Shown in pieces: positions 1 through 14,914 of a stretch of 64,000 nucleotides of DNA (within the stretch, counting starts at the first letter, position 1; the number at the start of each line of letters is the position of its first letter). A program made the translations under genes and the position numbers. A model generated the notes under the pieces. It saw only the letters and a list, made by a program, of their open reading frames with translations. It did not search any database and had not been told where the DNA came from. This DNA is from Escherichia coli. Lineage in GTDB: Bacteria; Pseudomonadota; Gammaproteobacteria; Enterobacterales; Enterobacteriaceae. The stretch lies in assembly GCF_041248615.1 (NCBI RefSeq), contig NZ_CP158426.1; one strand, given 5' to 3'.

Positions 1-334
1 TCAACACGTCACATGAATGATCAGGGAGAGTATTCATTTTCTTTGTTTAATTTACTAAACACGGTTTGGTCAGCATAGCATCATGTTGTGCGATTAAACA
101 CCTGCTATTTTAATATTTGTTACAGTGGCTAAACACGCTGACGCAGGGCGGCGAGAAAAAGAGAAGTTACTGGCTGGTGGAGGATTAGGTGGTGAAATAA
201 AAAGGCCGTTGGGTTACTCTTCAGGCAGTTAAATGGGCATTTCTACACAGATAATGCGATGTTCAGATTCTGTAGACTTATAATGATAGATAATGATCCG
301 TCTACAGCATGACAAACAAAAACAGATGCGTTAC

Positions 335-362
335 GGAACTTTACAAAAACGAGACACTCTAA
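335..362 (+). promoter_or_regulatory. sigma-E-dependent rpoE promoter (P2-type): -35 GGAACTT, 16-bp spacer, -10 TCTAA
   Basis: GGAACTT at 335-341 and TCTAA at 358-362, about 85 bp upstream of the rpoE ATG; matches the sigma-E consensus and the autoregulated rpoE promoter as I recall it. Confidence 0.6.
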
Positions 363-444
363 CCCTTTGCTTGCTCAAATTGCAGCTAATGGAGTGGCGT
401 TTCGATAGCGCGTGGAAATTTGGTTTGGGGAGACTTTACCTCGG

Positions 445-1020
445 ATGAGCGAGCAGTTAACGGACCAGGTCCTGGTTGAACGGGTCCAGAAGGGAGATCA
501 GAAAGCCTTTAACTTACTGGTAGTGCGCTATCAGCATAAAGTGGCGAGTCTGGTTTCCCGCTATGTGCCGTCGGGTGATGTTCCCGATGTGGTACAAGAA
601 GCTTTTATTAAAGCCTATCGTGCGCTGGATTCGTTCCGGGGAGATAGCGCTTTTTATACATGGCTGTATCGGATTGCTGTAAATACAGCGAAAAATTACC
701 TGGTTGCTCAGGGGCGTCGTCCACCTTCCAGTGATGTGGATGCCATTGAAGCTGAAAACTTCGAAAGTGGCGGCGCGTTGAAAGAAATTTCGAACCCTGA
801 GAACTTAATGTTGTCAGAAGAACTGAGACAGATAGTTTTCCGAACTATTGAGTCCCTCCCGGAAGATTTACGCATGGCAATAACCTTGCGGGAGCTGGAT
901 GGCCTGAGCTATGAAGAGATAGCCGCTATCATGGATTGTCCGGTAGGTACGGTGCGTTCACGTATCTTCCGAGCGAGGGAAGCTATTGATAACAAAGTTC
1001 AACCGCTTATCAGGCGTTGA
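445..1020 (+). CDS. rpoE: RNA polymerase sigma-E (sigma-24) factor
   Basis: Translation MSEQLTDQVLVERVQKGDQKAFNLLVVRYQHKV..., 191 aa. Track ORF 412..1020 carries an 11-aa extension; ATG at 445 is the conserved start. Confidence 0.95.
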   Translation: MSEQLTDQVLVERVQKGDQKAFNLLVVRYQHKVASLVSRYVPSGDVPDVVQEAFIKAYRALDSFRGDSAFYTWLYRIAVNTAKNYLVAQGRRPPSSDVDAIEAENFESGGALKEISNPENLMLSEELRQIVFRTIESLPEDLRMAITLRELDGLSYEEIAAIMDCPVGTVRSRIFRAREAIDNKVQPLIRR

Positions 1021-1052
1021 CGATAGCGGGATACTGGATAAGGGTATTAGGC

Positions 1053-1703
1053 ATGCAGAAAGAACAACTTTCCGCTTTAATGGATGGCGAAACGCTGGAT
1101 AGTGAGCTGCTTAACGAACTGGCTCATAACCCAGAAATGCAGAAAACCTGGGAAAGCTATCACTTAATCCGTGACTCAATGCGGGGTGATACTCCCGAGG
1201 TGCTCCATTTCGATATCTCTTCACGCGTGATGGCCGCCATTGAAGAAGAGCCAGTACGTCAACCGGCGACATTGATCCCGGAAGCCCAGCCTGCGCCGCA
1301 TCAATGGCAGAAAATGCCATTCTGGCAGAAAGTACGTCCGTGGGCGGCACAGCTTACCCAAATGGGCGTAGCAGCATGCGTATCGCTTGCAGTTATCGTT
1401 GGGGTCCAGCACTATAATGGACAATCTGAAACGTCCCAGCAGCCCGAAACGCCGGTATTTAATACACTGCCGATGATGGGTAAAGCCAGCCCGGTTAGCT
1501 TGGGAGTACCTTCTGAAGCGACCGCAAATAATGGTCAACAGCAGCAGGTACAGGAGCAGCGTCGTCGCATTAATGCAATGTTGCAGGATTACGAACTGCA
1601 ACGCCGACTCCACTCTGAACAGCTTCAGTTTGAGCAGGCGCAAACTCAGCAAGCCGCTGTACAGGTGCCAGGAATTCAAACTTTAGGAACGCAATCGCAG
1701 TAA
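1053..1703 (+). CDS. rseA: anti-sigma-E factor RseA
   Basis: MQKEQLSALMDGETLDSELL..., 216 aa from ATG 1053; internal hydrophobic segment; directly follows rpoE. Confidence 0.93.
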   Translation: MQKEQLSALMDGETLDSELLNELAHNPEMQKTWESYHLIRDSMRGDTPEVLHFDISSRVMAAIEEEPVRQPATLIPEAQPAPHQWQKMPFWQKVRPWAAQLTQMGVAACVSLAVIVGVQHYNGQSETSQQPETPVFNTLPMMGKASPVSLGVPSEATANNGQQQQVQEQRRRINAMLQDYELQRRLHSEQLQFEQAQTQQAAVQVPGIQTLGTQSQ

Positions 1704-2659
1704 TGAAGCAACTTTGGTTTGCCATGTCATTAGTGACAGGTAGCCTGTTATTCTCTGCTAACGCCTCGGCCACTCCCGCGTCCGGGGCGTTATTACAGCA
1801 GATGAACCTGGCCAGTCAGTCACTGAATTACGAGCTGTCATTCATCAGCATCAATAAACAGGGTGTTGAGTCTCTGCGTTATAGACATGCACGCCTCGAT
1901 AACCGTCCTCTTGCACAATTGTTGCAAATGGATGGCCCGCGCCGGGAAGTGGTACAGCGCGGCAATGAAATCAGCTATTTTGAACCGGGACTTGAACCGT
2001 TCACGCTTAATGGCGATTACATTGTTGATTCTCTACCATCGCTCATCTATACCGATTTCAAACGCCTTTCTCCTTACTACGACTTTATCTCCGTCGGGCG
2101 CACGCGTATTGCTGATCGTCTTTGCGAAGTCATTCGTGTGGTTGCCCGAGATGGTACACGCTACAGCTACATCGTGTGGATGGACACCGAATCGAAATTA
2201 CCGATGCGGGTTGATCTCCTTGATCGCGATGGTGAAACGCTGGAACAATTTCGCGTGATTGCTTTTAATGTCAATCAGGATATCAGCAGCAGTATGCAGA
2301 CGTTGGCGAAGGCAAATTTGCCGCCGTTGCTTTCTGTTCCTGTAGGTGAAAAAGCTAAATTCAGCTGGACGCCAACCTGGTTGCCACAGGGTTTTAGCGA
2401 AGTTTCCAGTAGTCGACGTCCGCTACCGACGATGGACAACATGCCTATCGAATCACGTCTCTATTCCGACGGATTATTCAGCTTTTCGGTAAACGTTAAC
2501 CGCGCTACGCCATCGAGCACCGATCAGATGTTGCGCACCGGACGCAGAACCGTCAGTACAAGCGTACGTGATAACGCCGAAATCACCATTGTCGGTGAAC
2601 TGCCGCCGCAAACGGCGAAACGCATTGCCGAGAATATTAAGTTCGGGGCAGCGCAATGA
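1703..2659 (+). CDS. rseB: sigma-E regulatory protein RseB (periplasmic)
   Basis: 318-aa ORF with N-terminal signal peptide; adjacent to rseA. Confidence 0.93.
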   Translation: MKQLWFAMSLVTGSLLFSANASATPASGALLQQMNLASQSLNYELSFISINKQGVESLRYRHARLDNRPLAQLLQMDGPRREVVQRGNEISYFEPGLEPFTLNGDYIVDSLPSLIYTDFKRLSPYYDFISVGRTRIADRLCEVIRVVARDGTRYSYIVWMDTESKLPMRVDLLDRDGETLEQFRVIAFNVNQDISSSMQTLAKANLPPLLSVPVGEKAKFSWTPTWLPQGFSEVSSSRRPLPTMDNMPIESRLYSDGLFSFSVNVNRATPSSTDQMLRTGRRTVSTSVRDNAEITIVGELPPQTAKRIAENIKFGAAQ

Positions 2660-3135
2660 TCAAAGAGTGGGCTACCGTCATCTCCTGGGAAAACGGGCAG
2701 GCGCTGGTTAGTTGTGATGTTAAAGCCTCATGCAGCAGCTGCGCTTCACGCGCCGGTTGCGGTAGCCGCGTGTTGAATAAACTTGGCCCGCAAACCACGC
2801 ATACCATTGTCGTACCCTGTGATGAGCCGTTAGTGCCGGGGCAAAAAGTAGAATTAGGAATCGCCGAAGGCAGCCTGCTTAGCTCCGCATTACTGGTTTA
2901 TATGTCGCCGTTGATGGGACTATTCCTCATCGCTTCACTATTTCAGCTACTCTTTGCTTCAGATATTGCAGCATTATGCGGTGCGATTCTCGGTGGCGTT
3001 GGTGGATTCCTGATTGCACGTGGCTGCTCTCGAAAGTTTGCTGCCCGGTCTGAATGGCAACCGATCATCTTAAGCGTGGCCTTGCCGCCTGGCCTTGTGC
3101 GATTTGAAACATCTTCGGAAGACGCGAGCCAGTGA
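2656..3135 (+). CDS. rseC: RseC (membrane protein, SoxR-reducing system component)
   Basis: 159-aa ORF overlapping rseB stop by 4 nt (ATGA); Cys-rich N-terminus and hydrophobic C-terminus. Confidence 0.9.
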   Translation: MIKEWATVISWENGQALVSCDVKASCSSCASRAGCGSRVLNKLGPQTTHTIVVPCDEPLVPGQKVELGIAEGSLLSSALLVYMSPLMGLFLIASLFQLLFASDIAALCGAILGGVGGFLIARGCSRKFAARSEWQPIILSVALPPGLVRFETSSEDASQ

Positions 3136-3332
3136 TTTCACTGGCTTTGTTGCATTTTGCATAACAAATGCGAGGACGTTTCCAGATACCACAATCCATA
3201 CGGTATGAACATTTCCTCGCCTCAATGTTGTAGTGTAGAATGCGGCGTTTCTATTAATACAGACGTTAAGCTCAGAACAGCGACTTCTAAAAGCCTGGTT
3301 AACCGGGCATTAAGGCACAATAATCATACTTT

Positions 3333-5132
<1,800 letters not shown>

Positions 5133-5147
5133 CCCTTAGGAGTTGGC

Positions 5148-6122
5148 ATGGCGAATATGTTTGCCCTGATTCTGGTGATTGCCACACTGGTGACGGGCAT
5201 TTTATGGTGCGTGGATAAATTCTTTTTCGCACCTAAACGGCGGGAACGTCAGGCAGCGGCGCAGGCGGCTGCCGGTGACTCACTGGATAAAGCAACGTTG
5301 AAAAAGGTTGCGCCGAAGCCTGGCTGGCTGGAAACCGGTGCTTCTGTTTTTCCGGTACTGGCTATCGTATTGATTGTGCGTTCGTTTATTTATGAACCGT
5401 TCCAGATCCCGTCAGGTTCGATGATGCCGACTCTGTTAATCGGTGATTTTATTCTGGTAGAGAAGTTTGCTTATGGCATTAAAGATCCTATCTACCAGAA
5501 AACGCTGATCGAAACCGGTCATCCGAAACGCGGCGATATCGTGGTCTTTAAATATCCGGAAGATCCAAAGCTTGATTACATCAAGCGCGCGGTGGGTTTA
5601 CCGGGCGATAAAGTCACTTATGATCCGGTCTCAAAAGAGCTGACGATTCAACCGGGATGTAGTTCCGGCCAGGCATGTGAAAACGCGCTGCCGGTCACCT
5701 ACTCAAACGTGGAACCGAGCGATTTCGTTCAGACCTTCTCACGCCGTAATGGTGGGGAAGCGACCAGCGGATTCTTTGAAGTGCCGAAAAACGAAACCAA
5801 AGAAAATGGAATTCGTCTTTCCGAGCGTAAAGAGACACTGGGTGATGTGACGCACCGCATTCTGACAGTGCCGATTGCGCAGGACCAGGTGGGGATGTAT
5901 TACCAGCAGCCAGGGCAACAACTGGCAACCTGGATTGTTCCGCCGGGACAATACTTCATGATGGGTGACAACCGCGACAACAGCGCGGACAGCCGTTACT
6001 GGGGCTTTGTGCCGGAAGCGAATCTGGTCGGTCGGGCAACGGCTATCTGGATGAGCTTCGATAAGCAAGAAGGCGAATGGCCGACAGGTGTGCGCTTAAG
6101 TCGCATTGGCGGCATCCATTAA
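5148..6122 (+). CDS. lepB: signal peptidase I
   Basis: 324 aa; N-terminal TM segments; catalytic-Ser box PSGSMMPTL; 15 bp downstream of lepA. Confidence 0.96.
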   Translation: MANMFALILVIATLVTGILWCVDKFFFAPKRRERQAAAQAAAGDSLDKATLKKVAPKPGWLETGASVFPVLAIVLIVRSFIYEPFQIPSGSMMPTLLIGDFILVEKFAYGIKDPIYQKTLIETGHPKRGDIVVFKYPEDPKLDYIKRAVGLPGDKVTYDPVSKELTIQPGCSSGQACENALPVTYSNVEPSDFVQTFSRRNGGEATSGFFEVPKNETKENGIRLSERKETLGDVTHRILTVPIAQDQVGMYYQQPGQQLATWIVPPGQYFMMGDNRDNSADSRYWGFVPEANLVGRATAIWMSFDKQEGEWPTGVRLSRIGGIH

Positions 6123-6135
6123 TAGCCCATCTTCG

Positions 6136-6176
6136 TTCACGTTGTCGCCGTTATGGCGACAACGTGAATTATTTAT
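6136..6176 (+). terminator. rho-independent terminator after lepB
   Basis: Perfect 14-bp stem ttcacgttgtcgcc / ggcgacaacgtgaa with 5-nt loop, followed by ttatttat. Confidence 0.6.
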
Positions 6177-6364
6177 GAGATAAATCTCCCGTGGCTAACG
6201 ACATCCCCCGTCGTTGTGTATAGAATATTCCCCCGAAGTTTAAGGTTGGCACCTCCAGGTTGCCACGGCACACGAAACAGCGTTGGTCCCCATATACCGG
6301 TAAACTGAAACTGCAGCGAAGCAGTTAGCAGAACCATGTATATCAGGTCTGTTTCGTGTGCTGA

Positions 6365-7977
<1,613 letters not shown>

Positions 7978-7988
7978 GAGTAACTCCG

Positions 7989-8717
7989 ATGGAAGGCTGG
8001 CAGCGCGCATTTGTCCTGCATAGTCGCCCGTGGAGCGAAACCAGCCTGATGCTGGACGTCTTCACGGAGGAATCGGGTCGCGTGCGTCTGGTTGCCAAAG
8101 GCGCACGCTCTAAACGCTCTACTCTGAAAGGTGCATTACAGCCTTTCACCCCTCTCTTGCTACGTTTCGGCGGGCGTGGCGAAGTCAAAACGCTGCGCAG
8201 TGCTGAAGCCGTCTCGCTGGCGCTGCCATTAAGCGGTATCACGCTTTACAGCGGTCTGTACATCAACGAACTTCTCTCCCGCGTACTGGAATACGAGACG
8301 CGCTTCTCTGAACTCTTTTTCGATTACTTGCACTGCATTCAGTCTCTTGCAGGTGCCACTGGTACGCCAGAACCCGCGCTGCGCCGCTTTGAACTGGCAC
8401 TGCTCGGGCATCTGGGCTATGGCGTCAATTTTACCCATTGTGCGGGTAGCGGCGAGCCGGTAGATGACACCATGACGTATCGTTATCGCGAAGAAAAAGG
8501 GTTTATCGCAAGCGTCGTTATCGACAATAAAACGTTCACCGGAAGGCAGTTAAAAGCGTTAAACGCGCGGGAATTTCCTGACGCAGACACACTGCGCGCC
8601 GCGAAACGCTTTACCCGCATGGCGCTTAAGCCGTATCTTGGCGGTAAACCATTAAAGAGCAGGGAACTGTTCCGGCAGTTTATGCCTAAGCGAACGGTGA
8701 AAACACATTATGAATGA
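7989..8717 (+). CDS. recO: DNA repair protein RecO
   Basis: 242 aa; position and sequence match the rnc-era-recO operon. Confidence 0.95.
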
Positions 8718-8728
8718 TGAGGATTGTC

Positions 8729-9460
8729 ATGGCTGAATTACTGTTAGGCGTCAACATTGACCATATTGCAACGCTGCGTAACGCACGCGGTACTGCTTAC
8801 CCGGATCCGGTGCAGGCGGCGTTTATTGCTGAGCAGGCGGGAGCGGACGGCATTACCGTGCATTTACGTGAAGATCGCCGCCACATTACTGACCGTGATG
8901 TGCGCATCCTGCGTCAGACGCTGGATACCCGCATGAATCTGGAGATGGCGGTGACCGAAGAGATGCTGGCGATCGCCGTTGAGACGAAGCCACATTTTTG
9001 CTGTCTGGTACCGGAAAAGCGTCAGGAAGTAACAACCGAAGGCGGCCTGGACGTCGCAGGGCAGCGTGACAAAATGCGCGATGCCTGTAAACGTCTGGCG
9101 GAGGCCGGGATCCAGGTTTCTCTGTTTATCGACGCCGATGAAGGGCAGATCAAAGCTGCGGCAGAGGTTGGCGCACCGTTTATCGAGATCCACACCGGTT
9201 GCTATGCTGATGCCAAAACTGACGCCGAACAGGCGCAAGAGCTGGCGCGTATCGCCAAAGCCGCGACCTTTGCCGCTAGTCTCGGTCTGAAAGTTAACGC
9301 TGGTCACGGTCTGACCTATCACAACGTGAAAGCTATTGCCGCCATCCCTGAGATGCATGAACTGAATATCGGTCATGCCATTATTGGTCGTGCAGTGATG
9401 ACCGGACTGAAAGATGCGGTGGCAGAAATGAAGCGTTTGATGCTGGAAGCGCGTGGCTAA
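8729..9460 (+). CDS. pdxJ: pyridoxine 5'-phosphate synthase
   Basis: [21 protein letters not shown]..., 243 aa from ATG 8729; track ORF starts 5 codons earlier. Confidence 0.95.
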   Translation: MAELLLGVNIDHIATLRNARGTAYPDPVQAAFIAEQAGADGITVHLREDRRHITDRDVRILRQTLDTRMNLEMAVTEEMLAIAVETKPHFCCLVPEKRQEVTTEGGLDVAGQRDKMRDACKRLAEAGIQVSLFIDADEGQIKAAAEVGAPFIEIHTGCYADAKTDAEQAQELARIAKAATFAASLGLKVNAGHGLTYHNVKAIAAIPEMHELNIGHAIIGRAVMTGLKDAVAEMKRLMLEARG

Positions 9461-9840
9461 TGGCAATATTAGGTTTAGGTACGGATATTGTGGAGATCGC
9501 TCGCATTGAAGCGGTGATCACCCGATCCGGTGAGCGCCTGGCACGCCGCGTATTAAGCGATAACGAATGGGAAATTTGGAAAACGCACCACCAGCCGGTG
9601 CGTTTTCTGGCGAAACGCTTTGCCGTAAAAGAAGCCGCAGCAAAAGCGTTTGGCACCGGGATCCGCAATGGTCTGGCGTTTAATCAGTTTGAAGTATTTA
9701 ACGATGAGCTTGGTAAGCCACGGCTGCGACTGTGGGGCGAGGCATTAAAACTGGCGGAAAAGCTCGGCGTTGTAAATATGCATGTAACGCTGGCAGATGA
9801 ACGCCACTATGCTTGCGCCACGGTAATTATTGAAAGTTAA
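9460..9840 (+). CDS. acpS: holo-[acyl-carrier-protein] synthase
   Basis: 126 aa, [17 protein letters not shown]...; start overlaps the pdxJ stop. Confidence 0.95.
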   Translation: MAILGLGTDIVEIARIEAVITRSGERLARRVLSDNEWEIWKTHHQPVRFLAKRFAVKEAAAKAFGTGIRNGLAFNQFEVFNDELGKPRLRLWGEALKLAEKLGVVNMHVTLADERHYACATVIIES

Positions 9841-9862
9841 AAAAATACCGTTCTCTTTATAA

Positions 9863-9906
9863 AGTAAAACCCCCGAACTGGTAAGGAACGGGGGTTTTAC
9901 TTTTTA
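9863..9906. terminator. bidirectional rho-independent terminator (acpS on +, ohsC on -)
   Basis: aaagtaaaaccccc / gggggttttacttttt stem-loop with U-runs on both strands. Confidence 0.6.
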
Positions 9907-9940
9907 ACTTTAATTTTGTGCAGCACGCACCCTCAACAAG
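9863..9940 (-). ncRNA. ohsC: OhsC-like antitoxin sRNA of the ShoB/OhsC type I TA pair (approximate bounds)
   Basis: Minus-strand promoter-like TTGTAA / CATAAT near 9950-9980; 21-nt segment 9918-9938 directly repeated at 10167-10187 in the shoB 5'UTR, so the divergent RNAs pair with two G-U wobbles; ends at the bidirectional terminator. Confidence 0.45.
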
Positions 9941-10259
9941 AGCGATTATGGATCAGGGCGGTTATCTTTTACAAGCAACTTGCAATCTTTAGCATAAAAA
10001 CTCGAGCCTTTACGAAGAAAACAATATTGATGGAAAGATTAACGTGACCGCCAATTCGGAAGTACATTAAAATTGGCTTCGTTATTGGCGATTTTGCTGT
10101 GCTTTATACCATGCCACAGAATTCCCCCATTGAAACGAGTGGTGTCGTCAAAGCTCTGGTGTGGAGTGCAGCATGCACCCTCAATAACTCGCACGTTCAG
10201 TTTTGGGGAGATGTAAGGGCTAATCTGAACGGCTGCATTCCTTGTTTAAGGAAAAACGA

Positions 10260-10340
10260 ATGACTGATTGCCGATACCTGATTAAACGGGTCATCAAAAT
10301 CATCATTGCTGTTTTACAGCTGATCCTTCTGTTCTTATAA
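10260..10340 (+). CDS. shoB: type I toxin ShoB (26-aa hydrophobic peptide)
   Basis: atg act gat tgc cga tac ... taa translates to MTDCRYLIKRVIKIIIAVLQLILLFL; below the size cutoff of the ORF track; followed by a hairpin terminator. Confidence 0.85.
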   Translation: MTDCRYLIKRVIKIIIAVLQLILLFL

Positions 10341-10357
10341 CATAAGGAAACGTACTT

Positions 10358-10397
10358 AAGGCGCGTCAGGTTAACCAGCCAGGCGCGCCTTTAATAA
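10358..10397 (+). terminator. terminator downstream of shoB
   Basis: GC-rich inverted repeat aaggcgcg ... cgcgcctt followed by ttaataatta. Confidence 0.45.
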
Positions 10398-10534
10398 TTA
10401 TAAATAAGTGCTTATACAGATAGTGTTATCATTCATGAAATAATTGATATTTATGATAACATCACGAAAATAAATATAAGAACCTGAAGGCTCACACTAT
10501 AAAGTCAACAATAGTCTACTCCAGGAGCAGAATA

Positions 10535-10831
<297 letters not shown>

Positions 10832-10850
10832 TTATACGCGCATTCTTTAC

Positions 10851-11699
10851 TCAGACCAGTTTTTTCACCAGCGCTTCACTGTGACGAATACGTTCTGGAG
10901 CCAGTTCCAGATCCTGCTGAATCAGCGCAATGAACAGCAAATCCGTTAACATTCCCTGCGCGTGACAAGCAGAGATTGAAGCACTGTTTGTCGCTTGTTC
11001 TTCGGCAATGGTATACAGGCAATGAGAAGCACGCTGTTGCAGGGCATTCGGAGTAAAGCCGGTAATCGCCAGCACTTTTCCGCCCACTCGCAGCATCTCA
11101 TCTGCCGCCAGGTTTAACTCGCGTCGTACACCGGTGTAAGAAATGGCTAATAACAGATCGTCAGGGGACGACGCCTGTACGGTAGCGAGTAGCACATGCA
11201 TATCGCGCACTGCGGCAGCATTGAAGCCAATCTTCATCAGCTTCCAGGCAAAGTTTTGCGCCACCAGACCCGAAGCGCCAATACCGGTCAGAATTATCCG
11301 CCGCGCAGAGCGCAACATTGTTACGCATTCATGCAGTTTCTCTTCACTATTAACGTTTAGCGTTGCGTACATAGCGGCAGTATTTTCTTTAATCAGTTTT
11401 TCGCCGACCAGCCGTAACGGATCATCACCGCGGATTTGGTTATGAATGGGCACGGAGGGCGATTCCGGCTGGCTTGCCAGCGCTTCACTCAACGCCAACT
11501 TAAGCGCCGGAAAACCTTTATAGCCGAGTTTTTGCGCGAACTTCACGACGCTGGACTGACTGACTCCGGCTTCGTTGGCCAGTTGCTGAGAGCTTAAATG
11601 GCGCGCCGTATCAGGTTGTAGCAGAAGATAATCCGCCAGTTTTTTATCACTCTGGGCAAGCCCCTGGTAACGCTGACGGATACGAAGTAAGCCGTTCAT
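10851..11699 (-). CDS. yfhH: RpiR/SIS-family transcriptional regulator
   Basis: 282 aa from MNGLLRIRQRY...; N-terminal HTH and C-terminal sugar-isomerase (SIS) domain; track ORF is extended by 24 codons. Confidence 0.85.
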   Translation of the reverse strand: MNGLLRIRQRYQGLAQSDKKLADYLLLQPDTARHLSSQQLANEAGVSQSSVVKFAQKLGYKGFPALKLALSEALASQPESPSVPIHNQIRGDDPLRLVGEKLIKENTAAMYATLNVNSEEKLHECVTMLRSARRIILTGIGASGLVAQNFAWKLMKIGFNAAAVRDMHVLLATVQASSPDDLLLAISYTGVRRELNLAADEMLRVGGKVLAITGFTPNALQQRASHCLYTIAEEQATNSASISACHAQGMLTDLLFIALIQQDLELAPERIRHSEALVKKLV

Positions 11700-11907
11700 A
11701 TCTTTCCTCGCGATGAAATAGTGGCGACAACAGGCAATATGAGACAAACGCGAGTGAATTTTATATTCCATTGCCGCTAATTTCCATGAATTAAAAATTC
11801 CAGTTAGCCATGATGCGGTCGATTGTTGCCGGAAAAGTGATGATCTATCTGTTAGGCTATGTAGTAGCGAAAATTAATCAGGATGTTTCAGTCCAGAGGA
11901 GTATGGT

Positions 11908-12543
11908 TTGGCAACTCACGAGCGTCGTGTGGTGTTTTTTGACTTAGATGGAACATTGCATCAGCAGGATATGTTCGGCAGTTTTTTGCGTTATTTACTG
12001 CGTCGCCAACCGCTGAATGCGTTGCTTGTCCTGCCGTTGTTGCCGATCATTGCCATTGCGTTATTGATAAAAGGTCGTGCGGCACGCTGGCCGATGAGTC
12101 TGCTTCTGTGGGGGTGCACTTTTGGTCACAATGAAGCACGTTTACAGACGTTGCAGGCCGATTTCGTACGCTGGTTTCGTGACAATGTTACCGCCTTTCC
12201 GCTGGTTCAGGAGCGATTAACCACCTACCTGTTAAGTTCCGATGCTGATATCTGGTTGATTACCGGCTCTCCGCAGCCGCTGGTTGAAGCGGTTTATTTC
12301 GATACGCCCTGGCTGCCGCGGATTAATCTTATCGCCAGTCAGATTCAGCGTGGCTATGGTGGTTGGGTATTGACGATGCGTTGTCTGGGACATGAAAAGG
12401 TCGCGCAACTGGAGCGTAAAATCGGCACGCCACTGCGGTTGTACAGTGGCTATAGCGACAGTAATCAGGACAACCCGCTGCTTTATTTCTGTCAGCATCG
12501 TTGGCGAGTAACCCCGCGCGGTGAACTCCAGCAACTGGAATAG
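11908..12543 (+). CDS. pgpC: phosphatidylglycerophosphatase C (HAD family)
   Basis: (M)ATHERRVVFFDLDGTLHQQD..., 211 aa; TTG start at 11908 with GAGGAG Shine-Dalgarno upstream. Confidence 0.85.
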   Translation: MATHERRVVFFDLDGTLHQQDMFGSFLRYLLRRQPLNALLVLPLLPIIAIALLIKGRAARWPMSLLLWGCTFGHNEARLQTLQADFVRWFRDNVTAFPLVQERLTTYLLSSDADIWLITGSPQPLVEAVYFDTPWLPRINLIASQIQRGYGGWVLTMRCLGHEKVAQLERKIGTPLRLYSGYSDSNQDNPLLYFCQHRWRVTPRGELQQLE

Positions 12544-12555
12544 AGTAAAGCATAG

Positions 12556-14657
<2,102 letters not shown>

Positions 14658-14822
14658 TTAGTTAATTCTCTGTGTCGTGCGCGTCCCAGCTTGAAAAAAC
14701 GTAATAATAGTGAAAGGTTTACTCATAAATGAGCGGCATTTTGCGTAAACCTGCGCCAGTTGGCAACTTATTACAGCCATTGGCGGCACGCGTTGCTAAT
14801 TCGCGATGGTGATTTTATTTCC

Positions 14823-14838
14823 ACGCAAACGGTTTCGT
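14823..14838 (+). promoter_or_regulatory. PurR operator (PUR box) upstream of purL
   Basis: acgcaaacggtttcgt matches the PurR consensus ACGCAAACGTTTGCGT at 14/16 positions, about 80 bp upstream of the purL ATG. Confidence 0.65.
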
Positions 14839-14914
14839 CAGCGCATCAGATTCTTTATAATGACGCCCGTTTCCCCCCCTTGGGTACACCGAAAGCTTAG
14901 AAGACGAGAGACTT

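Noticed and set aside
60-100. Possible sigma-54 promoter (TGGtca...GCatc) upstream of rpoE
   Set aside because: GG-to-GC spacing is 8 nt rather than the required 10; not a convincing sigma-54 element.
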